Below are positions 49,760 through 57,737 of a stretch of 57,737 nt of DNA, piece by piece; position 1 is the first letter of the stretch; the number at the start of each line of letters is the position of its first letter. Source of the stretch: an uncultured virus (IMG/VR IMGVR_UViG_3300032007_000041) (Duplodnaviria > Heunggongvirae > Uroviricota > Caudoviricetes); the IMG/VR virus record IMGVR_UViG_3300032007_000041; one strand, given 5' to 3'. The notes beneath the pieces were generated by a model. It was not told the origin of the DNA. It saw only the letters and a list, made by a program, of their open reading frames with translations, and did no database searches. The position numbers and the translations under genes were made by a program.

Positions 49760-50140
49760 TTATAGTCCCCCATTATAGCATAGCATTAATTGTACAAAAT
49801 CATCAGTTATATTCAATTCATTTAGTACATTTTGTACCATTAATTTTGGATATTTATCACCTAATGTTGTAAAATCTCCTAATAGATAAGTAAAATTATT
49901 TTTCTGTTTGTGTTTAAATATACGCATATAAACATCATGTAATCTATCATCTTCGTTGGGGATAATTAAATCAACCAATCCAATAGCAAAAGGTTCATAT
50001 TGTTTTAAATATTCTATATTGTCTGTGTCATATAGATTATCAAATGATTGCATTGATAATCCTATATACATAGTTATATCGTTCTGTTTAAATAAAAAAT
50101 AATTATGTTCACAATTGGTAGTAATATGATATGAAAACAA
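49760..50140 (-). CDS. small protein, C-terminal G-hydrophobic family
   Basis: Ends QLMLCYNGGL*. Confidence 0.65.
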   Translation of the reverse strand: MFSYHITTNCEHNYFLFKQNDITMYIGLSMQSFDNLYDTDNIEYLKQYEPFAIGLVDLIIPNEDDRLHDVYMRIFKHKQKNNFTYLLGDFTTLGDKYPKLMVQNVLNELNITDDFVQLMLCYNGGL

Positions 50141-50506
50141 TTATAACCCAACTCCATATATATACACAAATGGTATTATATCATCTAAATTGTCTCTTAT
50201 AAATTTTGTTACAATATCTTTTTCTTCTTTTGTTTTAAATTTATATTTTTCTTTAAATTTTAATTGAATTTTGTTTTTTGAATTTAAAACCATTTTTAAA
50301 TGGAGGAACTGATAATCATTTAGCATAATATCATGATATTTTTTCCATCCCTTATAATTAATGGCTAAATTCATTTCGACAGGATAATGATAATATTCAA
50401 AATGAAATGATATGTTTGACACATTATTTTTAAAGCGATATTCTAATATATGATGACATTGTGAACACGTAATATTTTTATTATTTGGTATAAATGAAGT
50501 AACCAT
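50141..50506 (-). CDS. small protein, C-terminal G-hydrophobic family
   Basis: Ends PFVYIYGVGL*. Confidence 0.65.
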   Translation of the reverse strand: MVTSFIPNNKNITCSQCHHILEYRFKNNVSNISFHFEYYHYPVEMNLAINYKGWKKYHDIMLNDYQFLHLKMVLNSKNKIQLKFKEKYKFKTKEEKDIVTKFIRDNLDDIIPFVYIYGVGL

Positions 50507-50907
50507 ATTCCATTTCTCATAATTATATAAGTTAAAACGATTTGATGAAATGTTTTGTTTATATTACAAATATTCATATATTATTGAAATAATGTTTGTT
50601 GTGTAATTTCATTCAATGGATTATTTGGTAAATAATTAAATTTAAGTATGTCTAATTTAAATTGATTATTTTTAAATATTAGTGAACAAATAACGTCTTT
50701 AAATTCAGTTTTGTATTGACCTTGTTCATCTATTTTATAGACATTTAAACTTATTGTTCCAAAACTATTTTTATTAAATTTGCTAGAAAAAAATTTTTTA
50801 ACAAATTTATATAAATATATTGAAAATACAAATTTACACGATTTTGTTTTTGAAACAATAATAATATTGTCATTAGCAATATTTATATATGTATCAATGT
50901 ATTTCAT
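50503..50907 (-). pseudogene. family member with premature stop at 50581
   Basis: The frame continues past TAA to ...LTYIIMRNGI followed by TGG, where a TGA overlapping the next ATG would be expected. Confidence 0.55.
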
Positions 50908-51437
50908 AAACCACGTACCTTTATAATCTTATCTTTATATTTATCAAAAATTTCATTTCTACTATTATACATACGTTTACAAATATTTTGTAATAAATCG
51001 TTTGGGATGGCAGATAAATATTTTGTTAATCTGTTAATTTGATTTTCTGTTAAATAACACATGTATTGATTTCTGTTATATGCAGATTTAGGAGATTCAA
51101 TTTTAAAAGTATCATTATCAATAAAAATTGATAATTTAAAATCTACATATGATATACCAGTAATAGTTAGACAAAGCATAAGTGGAGTATCTTTGGTTAA
51201 TTTATATGGCAAAATATTATCAGAATCAAATTGATAAAATGGCAAAATATCATCAGAATCAAATGGATAAAAATGTAAATTGATACTTACAGAATTGTAA
51301 TTGTTAAAAATAGTCCAATGTTCTGTTTTAAATGGAGCACAATAATATCTGTTTAAATCTTCACCTGTTTGTTTTTCTATTATAAAATTGTCAATAGACC
51401 TAAGATTTTTCAAAATCCACACCTTCTTATTGCCCAT
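50904..51437 (-). CDS. protein, C-terminal G-hydrophobic family
   Basis: Ends KIIKVRGL*; internal FDSD.ILP duplication. Confidence 0.65.
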   Translation of the reverse strand: MGNKKVWILKNLRSIDNFIIEKQTGEDLNRYYCAPFKTEHWTIFNNYNSVSINLHFYPFDSDDILPFYQFDSDNILPYKLTKDTPLMLCLTITGISYVDFKLSIFIDNDTFKIESPKSAYNRNQYMCYLTENQINRLTKYLSAIPNDLLQNICKRMYNSRNEIFDKYKDKIIKVRGL

Positions 51438-51844
51438 TCCGATACTTTTTTAAAGTTAAAAATTTTAGAGTTATTTAATAATTGTCTGATTGGTTTAATT
51501 TCATCTTGTGTTATATCACTTAACTTATCAATATCATATCCTTCTTTAATACCATCTTCAAACATATCATAATAGGATAATTTTATAATTAATTTTTTCG
51601 TATCTTTGGTTTCATATTGCGCATCACTTTTTTTATCAATAATAACATATACATTAAAATATCTATATTCAGAAGGGTATGGTATTAAATTATCGTTGAT
51701 AATATTTAGATTATCTTCTACAAATTTTAAATAAATATTATAATTTTGATAAGGTACATAAATATCATATGATTTTGGATTTCTTGTACCATGATAAAGA
51801 AGCCATTTATTATAGTATTTTTCCCATTTTTTATAATAATCCAT
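51410..51844 (-). CDS. small protein, C-terminal G-hydrophobic family
   Basis: Ends EWAIRRCGF*; AAGGAG RBS. Confidence 0.65.
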   Translation of the reverse strand: MDYYKKWEKYYNKWLLYHGTRNPKSYDIYVPYQNYNIYLKFVEDNLNIINDNLIPYPSEYRYFNVYVIIDKKSDAQYETKDTKKLIIKLSYYDMFEDGIKEGYDIDKLSDITQDEIKPIRQLLNNSKIFNFKKVSEWAIRRCGF

Positions 51845-51884
51845 TATACCATTTCTCCTTTCATATAATTATTCTTATATAAAT

Positions 51885-51924
51885 AGTTTATCAAAAAACA
51901 GGTGTTTTGTCAACACCTGTTTTT
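51885..51924 (-). promoter_or_regulatory. overlapping terminator hairpin and sigma70 promoter
   Basis: Minus strand AAAAACAGGTGTT-gacaa-AACACCTGTTTTT; TTGACA spans the loop, then 17 nt to TAAACT with TG extension. Confidence 0.7.
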
Positions 51925-52420
51925 AAATTCCATGATTAATATTGATAAGTTCAAGCAATTTATATTTGCAGAAATTATTGATAAAAAAATCTTTTATATT
52001 TATATCTGTTTCTGTTTTATCAAAACTTTCATATAATGAACTCGGTCGTGGATTTGGTAAGTCCCCAACGTATGTATCATAATAATCTAATTGTATTTCT
52101 CCATCATCTGTTCGGTGAATGGCATAATTAAAAATATCAATTTGTTTTACAATTGATAAATTATCATTAATATACTCGATTTTAATTTTTGTTTTAACTG
52201 TTTCCAAATGTTTAAAGTATCTTTCTAACCCTAGAAATGGAGTACTATAAAAAATTGTAATCTTAATATTAGAATTATTTGTTTTGTTTTGGAAATGAAA
52301 TATTGAAGTTAGTTTGTTATAATTAGAAATGTGATGTGTATCTATACAAAATGAACAACTGTGAGATAAGTAGTATTTATTATTAAAATTGTTTAATGTC
52401 ATCATTTCCTCATATCCCAT
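51923..52420 (-). CDS. small protein, C-terminal G-hydrophobic family
   Basis: Ends LELININHGI*. Confidence 0.65.
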   Translation of the reverse strand: MGYEEMMTLNNFNNKYYLSHSCSFCIDTHHISNYNKLTSIFHFQNKTNNSNIKITIFYSTPFLGLERYFKHLETVKTKIKIEYINDNLSIVKQIDIFNYAIHRTDDGEIQLDYYDTYVGDLPNPRPSSLYESFDKTETDINIKDFFINNFCKYKLLELININHGI

Positions 52421-52432
52421 TTAAACATTATA

Positions 52433-52816
52433 TCACATCCCATTTGTATAAACATACATATCCTTAATTAAATTTGTTGGGATTGAATTAATCATTTTTT
52501 CTATACGTATAGCATCTTTATCCATAATACTTTTTCTATCTTTAGGGAATATGTTAAAAGTAGGGATTTCTTGAAAAACAAAATTAAAGCACAGTTGATG
52601 TAAACATTTGATTTTCCTTCTGCATGATTGTTTATAGGTCGCGTTTAATCGAATATTCCCATTTTCATTAAATGATACACAAATGTTTAAATTGTTATTT
52701 TGATTAATTGTATATTGATTCCCGCCATAATATCCATTCTCATTTGACATTAAATGATAATAGTCATACTTAACTAGAGTAGAAATTTTTTCAAGAAACA
52801 TCGTTATACACCCCAT
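52433..52816 (-). CDS. small protein, C-terminal G-hydrophobic family
   Basis: Ends KDMYVYTNGM*; similar to 52804 and 53194. Confidence 0.65.
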   Translation of the reverse strand: MGCITMFLEKISTLVKYDYYHLMSNENGYYGGNQYTINQNNNLNICVSFNENGNIRLNATYKQSCRRKIKCLHQLCFNFVFQEIPTFNIFPKDRKSIMDKDAIRIEKMINSIPTNLIKDMYVYTNGM

Positions 52817-53178
52817 ATCATGATATACATTGCTTTTCTATCATCTTGTGGTATATTATCAATTAATTTGTTTGCTCTAATATACCATCTTTTAATATAG
52901 TCTTTATCGCCATCGAAATTAAATTGATATGGTTCAATAAAAATTATATCTATATTATGATTATCATTTTGATGGAAATATACAAGTTTATCCTTCACAC
53001 CTTTAACACAACAACGATTGCTTTTCGTTTTCCATGCGTCAATGTGGACATATCTTTCATTAAGAATTCGAATTAGATATGTATTTTGGTGAATATTATC
53101 TTTAAATAAAAAATCTTTGCCAAATGAAGAATGACTGTATTGTGTTGATTTTAGATTGTTTATATGATGTAATTCCAT
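52804..53178 (-). CDS. small protein, C-terminal G-hydrophobic family (paralog of 53194)
   Basis: NRCCVKG..W..R..K.ID.IPQ..KAMYIMIWGV*. Confidence 0.7.
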   Translation of the reverse strand: MELHHINNLKSTQYSHSSFGKDFLFKDNIHQNTYLIRILNERYVHIDAWKTKSNRCCVKGVKDKLVYFHQNDNHNIDIIFIEPYQFNFDGDKDYIKRWYIRANKLIDNIPQDDRKAMYIMIWGV

Positions 53179-53193
53179 ATCATCTTACCTCTA

Positions 53194-53565
53194 TCATAAT
53201 CCATAATTAATTATATATGCTTTTTGCACAATATTCTGTGGTAATATATCAACTATTTTACGTACACGTTTAAACCAATGCTGTTTAAATTCACTATAAC
53301 TATAGTATCCTGAATTTTCTCCATGACATATATTGTTATCTTTTAAATAAAGTTTTAATTCCCCATCATGAAAAATTGGTTTAAATTCGGTACAAGCTAA
53401 ACCTCTAATGCAAACTCGATTTGTGTTACTCATATGAGCATTAAAACGAACATTGAATTTATTGTTTAAGTATATTTCATAGTCATGACGATGTTCTTCA
53501 TCAATAATTTTGATATTACAAGCTCCAAATCTATGATATGCTTCAATTGAACGAATATAAATCAT
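53194..53565 (-). CDS. small protein, C-terminal G-hydrophobic family (paralog of 52804)
   Basis: NRVCIRG..WFKR..KIVDILPQ..KAYIINYGL*. Confidence 0.7.
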   Translation of the reverse strand: MIYIRSIEAYHRFGACNIKIIDEEHRHDYEIYLNNKFNVRFNAHMSNTNRVCIRGLACTEFKPIFHDGELKLYLKDNNICHGENSGYYSYSEFKQHWFKRVRKIVDILPQNIVQKAYIINYGL

Positions 53566-53589
53566 ATTTAATCTCTCCTTTTATAAAAA

Positions 53590-53618
53590 ATTATATCAAA
53601 ATTTTTTATTTTTGTCAA
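53590..53618 (-). promoter_or_regulatory. consensus sigma70 promoter
   Basis: TTGACA-17-TATAAT with TG extension. Confidence 0.8.
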
Positions 53619-53635
53619 CAGTTTTTTGAATAGAA

Positions 53636-53662
53636 AAACGACTATCAACTAGATAGTCGTTT
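53636..53662 (-). terminator. intrinsic terminator
   Basis: AAACGACTATC/GATAGTCGTTT. Confidence 0.7.
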
Positions 53663-54014
53663 ATAATCCAAAAGATATAATATAAAATTGTTTTAAACAA
53701 CGTTTTTTAACAAATCTTATGATTTTTTTTGATGTTTTAAAATCCATAGGCACATCATATTTAAATGCAGCTTGTTTTGTAATATCCATAATTTTAATTC
53801 CTTTTGAAGTTAAACGTACTTTATAATGACTACTATAATAAAAATTATATCTAATTATTAATATAAAATCTCTTTTATTATTATGACTATAATAATAGTC
53901 TATATTTAAAATACCATCTTTATATGTTAATTGAAATTGACTATATGTTTCATTGAATATTTCTATATATTTCGTTTTAATATGTTGAAAACGAAAATAT
54001 GAATTTATATTCAT
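53661..54014 (-). CDS. small protein, C-terminal G-hydrophobic family
   Basis: Ends KQFYIISFGL*. Confidence 0.65.
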   Translation of the reverse strand: MNINSYFRFQHIKTKYIEIFNETYSQFQLTYKDGILNIDYYYSHNNKRDFILIIRYNFYYSSHYKVRLTSKGIKIMDITKQAAFKYDVPMDFKTSKKIIRFVKKRCLKQFYIISFGL

Positions 54015-54364
54015 ATACCTCTACCTATCGTTACCATTTTAAAAATTTCTTCTTTATAATTTCTATATATTTTTTTTGCTTTTATAACATAATCCTTGTC
54101 AAAAATTTTTTCTATAAACCATATTGTTCTATACTTATCGTTTTTACCAACAATATTAGCATTAATTTTAATGCCATCTTTATTTGTTATATCAAAATGG
54201 AAGCTATCTGCAACATTATGATGAAAATTTTCATAGCAATAAGAACTACTTGTATTGACTCTAATATGTATGCGATAAGTTTCACCATGATATGTAATTT
54301 CAGTTGTATATAACGATAAATGGTCATTGTATATTATAGTACCATATTTTGTTATTTTGCTCAA
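54011..54364 (-). CDS. small protein, C-terminal G-hydrophobic family
   Basis: Ends FKMVTIGRGI*. Confidence 0.65.
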   Translation of the reverse strand: MSKITKYGTIIYNDHLSLYTTEITYHGETYRIHIRVNTSSSYCYENFHHNVADSFHFDITNKDGIKINANIVGKNDKYRTIWFIEKIFDKDYVIKAKKIYRNYKEEIFKMVTIGRGI

Positions 54365-54367
54365 TAT

Positions 54368-54850
54368 TTATAATCCTTCTGTATAAGTAATAATGTTTTG
54401 AATAAATCGTTGACCATCATTTATTAAAAAATCATCAAAAAAAATACAAATGTTTTTATATTGATTGATGTTTTGCTTGTGATTTCTCATATTTATATAG
54501 TATTTTTGTTTTTTATAATTGGTTATACTAAAATTTCCTTTTCGATATGGTATTTCTATTTTTTGTGATATAAATTTTAATCCATTTTTAATTTTTATAT
54601 CATACGCTCTATGAGTATAGTGAATATCTTTGTCTATTATAGATAAAACAAGAGTTTTATGGTTATTATGTTTCATTTCACCATAACTGTTCATGATATA
54701 ATCATTGGCAATTGTAATATCTATATTAGCCTTTTTGTCTTGATGAATAATATCAAACCGATAATGATATGTATCATGATATTTTTGTGAACACTTATTT
54801 CTATATACAATTTTAACATTTTGTTCTTCAAATGTCCATTGTTTTTGCAT
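54368..54850 (-). CDS. small protein, C-terminal G-hydrophobic family
   Basis: Ends QNIITYTEGL*. Confidence 0.65.
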   Translation of the reverse strand: MQKQWTFEEQNVKIVYRNKCSQKYHDTYHYRFDIIHQDKKANIDITIANDYIMNSYGEMKHNNHKTLVLSIIDKDIHYTHRAYDIKIKNGLKFISQKIEIPYRKGNFSITNYKKQKYYINMRNHKQNINQYKNICIFFDDFLINDGQRFIQNIITYTEGL

Positions 54851-54961
54851 TAAAATTCACCACTCTTTATGTTAAAAGTTTTATCTTCTACAATAAATAT
54901 ATAATAAAAATTGACTTATTATTTATTTACTATAACTATTAATTATAGTTTAAATAATAAG

Positions 54962-55096
54962 TCATAAACCAAATTTTTTACAAAATTCTTGTTTAAAGAA
55001 TGTTTCTAAATGAGTTAATTTTTTATTCATTTTCTTATCTAGGTTAATCATTTCTTCTTCATTTGGCATATTAGTAATTTGTTTAATACGTTTATA
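54962..55096 (-). pseudogene. 3' remnant of a G-hydrophobic family gene abutting the IS remnant
   Basis: Frame YKRIKQITNMPNEEE...KQEFCKKFGL* begins at the edge of the TnpB fragment. Confidence 0.5.
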
Positions 55097-55100
55097 TTAT

Positions 55101-55355
55101 TGTCAATGCGTCTATCAGTCTAACGATGACCGTATTGGAGCTATAAATATTCAACACCTCGGAACTATGTGGATTTCCGGAGATAACCATCCTCGCTACG
55201 AAAGAATAACAACTGCTTCGGAGTAAACTCCTTAGCAAAGCGGGTGTTGTTAGCCACCCGACGATGTAGGCGGATTTAGGGAGACATCTTGGATGTCGTT
55301 AGTACCTATGCAATTCCGACTTACAAGCTCCCGACTTTAGTCGGGAGTAGTTGAC
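55101..55355 (+). mobile_element. tnpB: IS200/IS605 remnant: 3' end of tnpB, omega-RNA region and right end
   Basis: GC-richer island encoding CQCVYQSNDDRIGAINI...* (55101-55226, RuvC-III-like); ends CTCCCGACT-tt-AGTCGGGAG-TAGTTGAC. Confidence 0.8.
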
Positions 55356-55357
55356 TG

Positions 55358-55702
55358 TTAAATGCCTTTTGTATATGATAAAAATAATTTTGCATAATTG
55401 ATAATTTCATTTTTATATTTAGCATAATATTTTATTATACTCTGTCGTTCTTTTTCAGGAATATCGTTAAAATCATCATAATTGTAAATTTTTCCTTGGT
55501 TGTTTATATCTAAAGTCATGTAATATTCACAATCTTTTACAAATACATCAACAACACAACAAGTTTCATATGAACAATCTTCTGTGACCTCATATTCTTC
55601 ATATTGCAATATTAATTGTATATTATCATTGATATAAATTGAAGCATATTTATCTATAAATGGATTTGTTAGATAATATTTTGTCTGTGTTATCATTTCC
55701 AT
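55358..55702 (-). CDS. small protein, C-terminal G-hydrophobic family
   Basis: Ends KLFLSYTKGI*; AAGGGGG RBS. Confidence 0.7.
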   Translation of the reverse strand: MEMITQTKYYLTNPFIDKYASIYINDNIQLILQYEEYEVTEDCSYETCCVVDVFVKDCEYYMTLDINNQGKIYNYDDFNDIPEKERQSIIKYYAKYKNEIINYAKLFLSYTKGI

Positions 55703-55724
55703 TTTTTATTCCCCCTTTTATTTA

Positions 55725-55753
55725 AATATACCATATATTATATTCATTGTCAA
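55725..55753 (-). promoter_or_regulatory. sigma70-type promoter
   Basis: TTGACA-17-TATATT with TG extension. Confidence 0.7.
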
Positions 55754-55772
55754 CAGTTTTAAATATATTTTT

Positions 55773-55801
55773 AAAAGGCTACTATTGAATAGTAGCCTTT
55801 T
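55773..55801 (-). terminator. intrinsic terminator
   Basis: AAAAGGCTACTATT/AATAGTAGCCTTTT. Confidence 0.7.
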
Positions 55802-56041
55802 TATAATCAGTATAAAATCACATATATATCTGCAATTTTTCTGTATGGTAAAGAATATTGTCCAACAAAATTATATATGGATTAAATAATTGATAATATA
55901 GTGTCTTGTATAACACACAATCACTTCATTTGTTGATTTGCTCGATTTAAATTCTATAACTTCTTTTTCCCATTTTCAAACGAAATATGTAAATTATTAT
56001 TTAAAATTTTGCAAAACAAATAATTAATCATAATATCATCA
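55801..56041 (-). pseudogene. decayed G-hydrophobic family gene
   Basis: Ends ...IADIYVILY-TGA-TTA-TAA, i.e. GGA>TGA at the Gly position; several upstream stops. Confidence 0.5.
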
Positions 56042-56419
56042 TTATATACCATTAACTAATATAAAGAATTGTTTTGTATTAACTAAAAATTCATCGTGAT
56101 ATTTAGATACAATTTGTCTAGTTATTTTTTGTGTTCGTTCACCAATAACTTTTGTAAATTTTTCTCTATTAAATTCCATATGATATATATCATTAATAAT
56201 GTAAGTTTGTTTTTCTGTACGACCCAATATAATATTTATTTCTAATCCACTATGTATTTTAAACATATATTTTAAACGCTCATTGTATGCAAATGTTAAA
56301 CGAACATTATCCTTAATATAATATTCGTAAAAATCATCAAATATATACGGATTTATATCTTTATGTGGAATAGTATATTTGCATTGTTTTAATGTAAAAT
56401 CTTTCATAATCCACCACAA
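56042..56419 (-). CDS. small protein, C-terminal G-hydrophobic family
   Basis: Ends KQFFILVNGI*. Confidence 0.65.
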   Translation of the reverse strand: MWWIMKDFTLKQCKYTIPHKDINPYIFDDFYEYYIKDNVRLTFAYNERLKYMFKIHSGLEINIILGRTEKQTYIINDIYHMEFNREKFTKVIGERTQKITRQIVSKYHDEFLVNTKQFFILVNGI

Positions 56420-56730
56420 CGAATATAAAAATTTTTCATTAAATCAGTTAAAATTTGTTTATGCGGAATAAATTTATCATCTAATTCATCTATATTTCTT
56501 TTATTTTTTATGTCAAAAACATCTAAAAAATTTTTAACTGTAATAACAGTAAGATAATTTTTTTGATGATTACAAAATCCAATTTTAAAATCACTATCCA
56601 TATTATAATAGAACAGTACTTCTAAATTCCAATTATAATAAATTTCTCTAATTTCATAAAAACTTTTATTTATTATTACTCGTTCTTTTAATACCCAAGG
56701 CATGATGTTACATTCCTTCCCATATAACAC
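56404..56730 (-). CDS. small protein, C-terminal G-hydrophobic family
   Basis: Ends KNFYIRCGGL*. Confidence 0.65.
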   Translation of the reverse strand: MLYGKECNIMPWVLKERVIINKSFYEIREIYYNWNLEVLFYYNMDSDFKIGFCNHQKNYLTVITVKNFLDVFDIKNKRNIDELDDKFIPHKQILTDLMKNFYIRCGGL

Positions 56731-56905
56731 GACATCGTTTTGTTAATTCTATTAATTCAGATTGATATTTATCTATAATTGGCATTAAATACTTTAGTTG
56801 TTTAGAATGTATATATGATAATTTGTTATTACAAACTGTAAAATCAATTTCCCCATAGCCTAAAATGTTTCTTTTTTCCTTTATATATGATTGTTTACAA
56901 TCCAC
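56708..56905 (-). CDS. short protein, C-terminal G-hydrophobic family
   Basis: Ends KRCRVIWEGM*. Confidence 0.55.
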   Translation of the reverse strand: MDCKQSYIKEKRNILGYGEIDFTVCNNKLSYIHSKQLKYLMPIIDKYQSELIELTKRCRVIWEGM

Positions 56906-57233
56906 TTTGATAAGTAACTAACATTCTATAATAATCCATGATTTTGTTATAATTCTTTTCTACATAATTTTTAATTTCATCATAATAAATGTGTTTTTTA
57001 TCATTGCTGTCTATATAAAATATGTTATCATCTAAACTATGTTTTAATACATATGTATATCTGTATTTATTTATTTTCAATGTGATGTGTTTTTTGTAGG
57101 TAAATTTTTCATAAACAATTTCAATTTGATAGTCATTGTAACTATCAAAAATATTCATTTTATTAATAGAACAAAAATTACCTTTTTTGTTTATTATAAT
57201 TTTATTACTTTGAAATCGCCCCATAATTATCAC
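56895..57233 (-). CDS. small protein, C-terminal G-hydrophobic family
   Basis: Ends RMLVTYQSGL*. Confidence 0.65.
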   Translation of the reverse strand: MIIMGRFQSNKIIINKKGNFCSINKMNIFDSYNDYQIEIVYEKFTYKKHITLKINKYRYTYVLKHSLDDNIFYIDSNDKKHIYYDEIKNYVEKNYNKIMDYYRMLVTYQSGL

Positions 57234-57597
57234 ATCCCAAAAGAATATACTAGTTTTTTCTGATTCGTTTCAGATTATGTTTATATATTTTTTTTGTAAA
57301 TTTTATACATGATATTTAATTTGCCATCTGTTAAATCAAAATTCGCTTCACCACGTAATGTTTTAAATTTACAAGAACGTTCTGAATAGAACTTTGTAAT
57401 TGGTTCGTTAATATGTAATGTTGAATTTTCAAATACACTAGTTTCTTGAATGTCAAAATGACCTAATTGAGATAAAAATCTGTATCTAAGTATTCTTGTT
57501 CATCATGATTAGTATAAATAGATATACCAATATTTGTATAATCTGATAAAGTAACCGATGTTTTATCCCAATTATCATTATAAAAATCTATATCCAT
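57230..57597 (-). pseudogene. frameshifted G-hydrophobic family gene
   Basis: Starts MDIDFYNDNW, is broken by stops and shifts; final frame KKLVYSFGM* is reached by one extra A in an A6 run. Confidence 0.5.
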
Positions 57598-57613
57598 TAA
57601 ATTTTTCATTTTT

Positions 57614-57736
57614 CTATATCCCAAATTCAATTATTATATCTTTTTGTATATCTTTCTTAATTCTGTTATATTTTGATAAATAATTTGCTAATTCTATAGT
57701 TGCTCTTTTTAAATAAAATTGATATTCATCATCTGT
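57614..57736 (-). CDS. partial G-hydrophobic family gene (runs off the right edge)
   Basis: Open frame TDDEYQFYLKR...IQKDIIIEFGI*. Confidence 0.6.
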   Translation of the reverse strand, partial: TDDEYQFYLKRATIELANYLSKYNRIKKDIQKDIIIEFGI

Positions 57737-57737
57737 G

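Noticed and set aside
353..54313. Most short plus-strand ORFs in the track (e.g. 4713, 22587, 26496, 44440, 53999)
   Set aside because: They are antisense shadows of well-supported minus-strand genes, with no RBS and F/I/S-rich composition.
1..57737. Stop-codon reassignment (code 15 or 4), common in large gut phages
   Set aside because: Long genes are intact in the standard code. Reading through TAG at 15015 or 14477 does not restore the LRR frame, whereas frameshifts do.
37573..57737. G-hydrophobic endings as merely the Shine-Dalgarno of the next gene
   Set aside because: The motif also occurs before terminators and where the next gene has its own RBS (43430), uses GGC and GGT codons, and is accompanied by an upstream hydrophobic segment. 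It may still contribute in overlapping pairs.
37573..57737. Integron-like cassette array with attC sites
   Set aside because: Genes overlap or abut with no room for attC hairpins, and there is no integrase in the window.

Overview
This is a very AT-rich fragment of a large tailed phage genome, probably jumbo and myovirus-like (it carries a PAAR gene). It uses the standard genetic code and nearly all genes are on the minus strand. Promoters are sigma70/sigmaA-type. Tail-protein motifs suggest a Firmicutes host, possibly Negativicutes; this comes from recalled motifs and was not searched. The left part (1-37.5 kb) is a packaging, structural and metabolic region. It contains an N6/N4 DNA methyltransferase, a sigma factor, an M16 zinc peptidase and a large terminase carrying three inteins, two of them only 3 residues apart inside the Walker A motif. 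It also has a ~20-repeat BspA/DUF285-like LRR protein, a decayed LRR/GH114-like locus, guanylate kinase, a Dam-like methylase, a PAAR protein, a repeat-rich candidate origin and two paralogous tail-fibre modules. The right part (37.5-57.7 kb) is an early-type region of terminator/TTGACA-promoter cassettes with an NAD-dependent ligase and a TnpB/IS200-605 remnant. The most striking observation is that 24 of the ~35 main ORFs in the right part (18 of 19 from 49.2 kb onward) are small and highly divergent, yet all end in a hydrophobic segment followed by Gly-[L/I/M/V/F]-stop. Broken ORFs in the same array show the same ending, which points to an expanded protein family with a shared C-terminal tag. 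Several late-region proteins share an N-terminal K-R-L-[I/V/F] motif. I saw no CRISPR array, tRNA, rRNA or reverse transcriptase.
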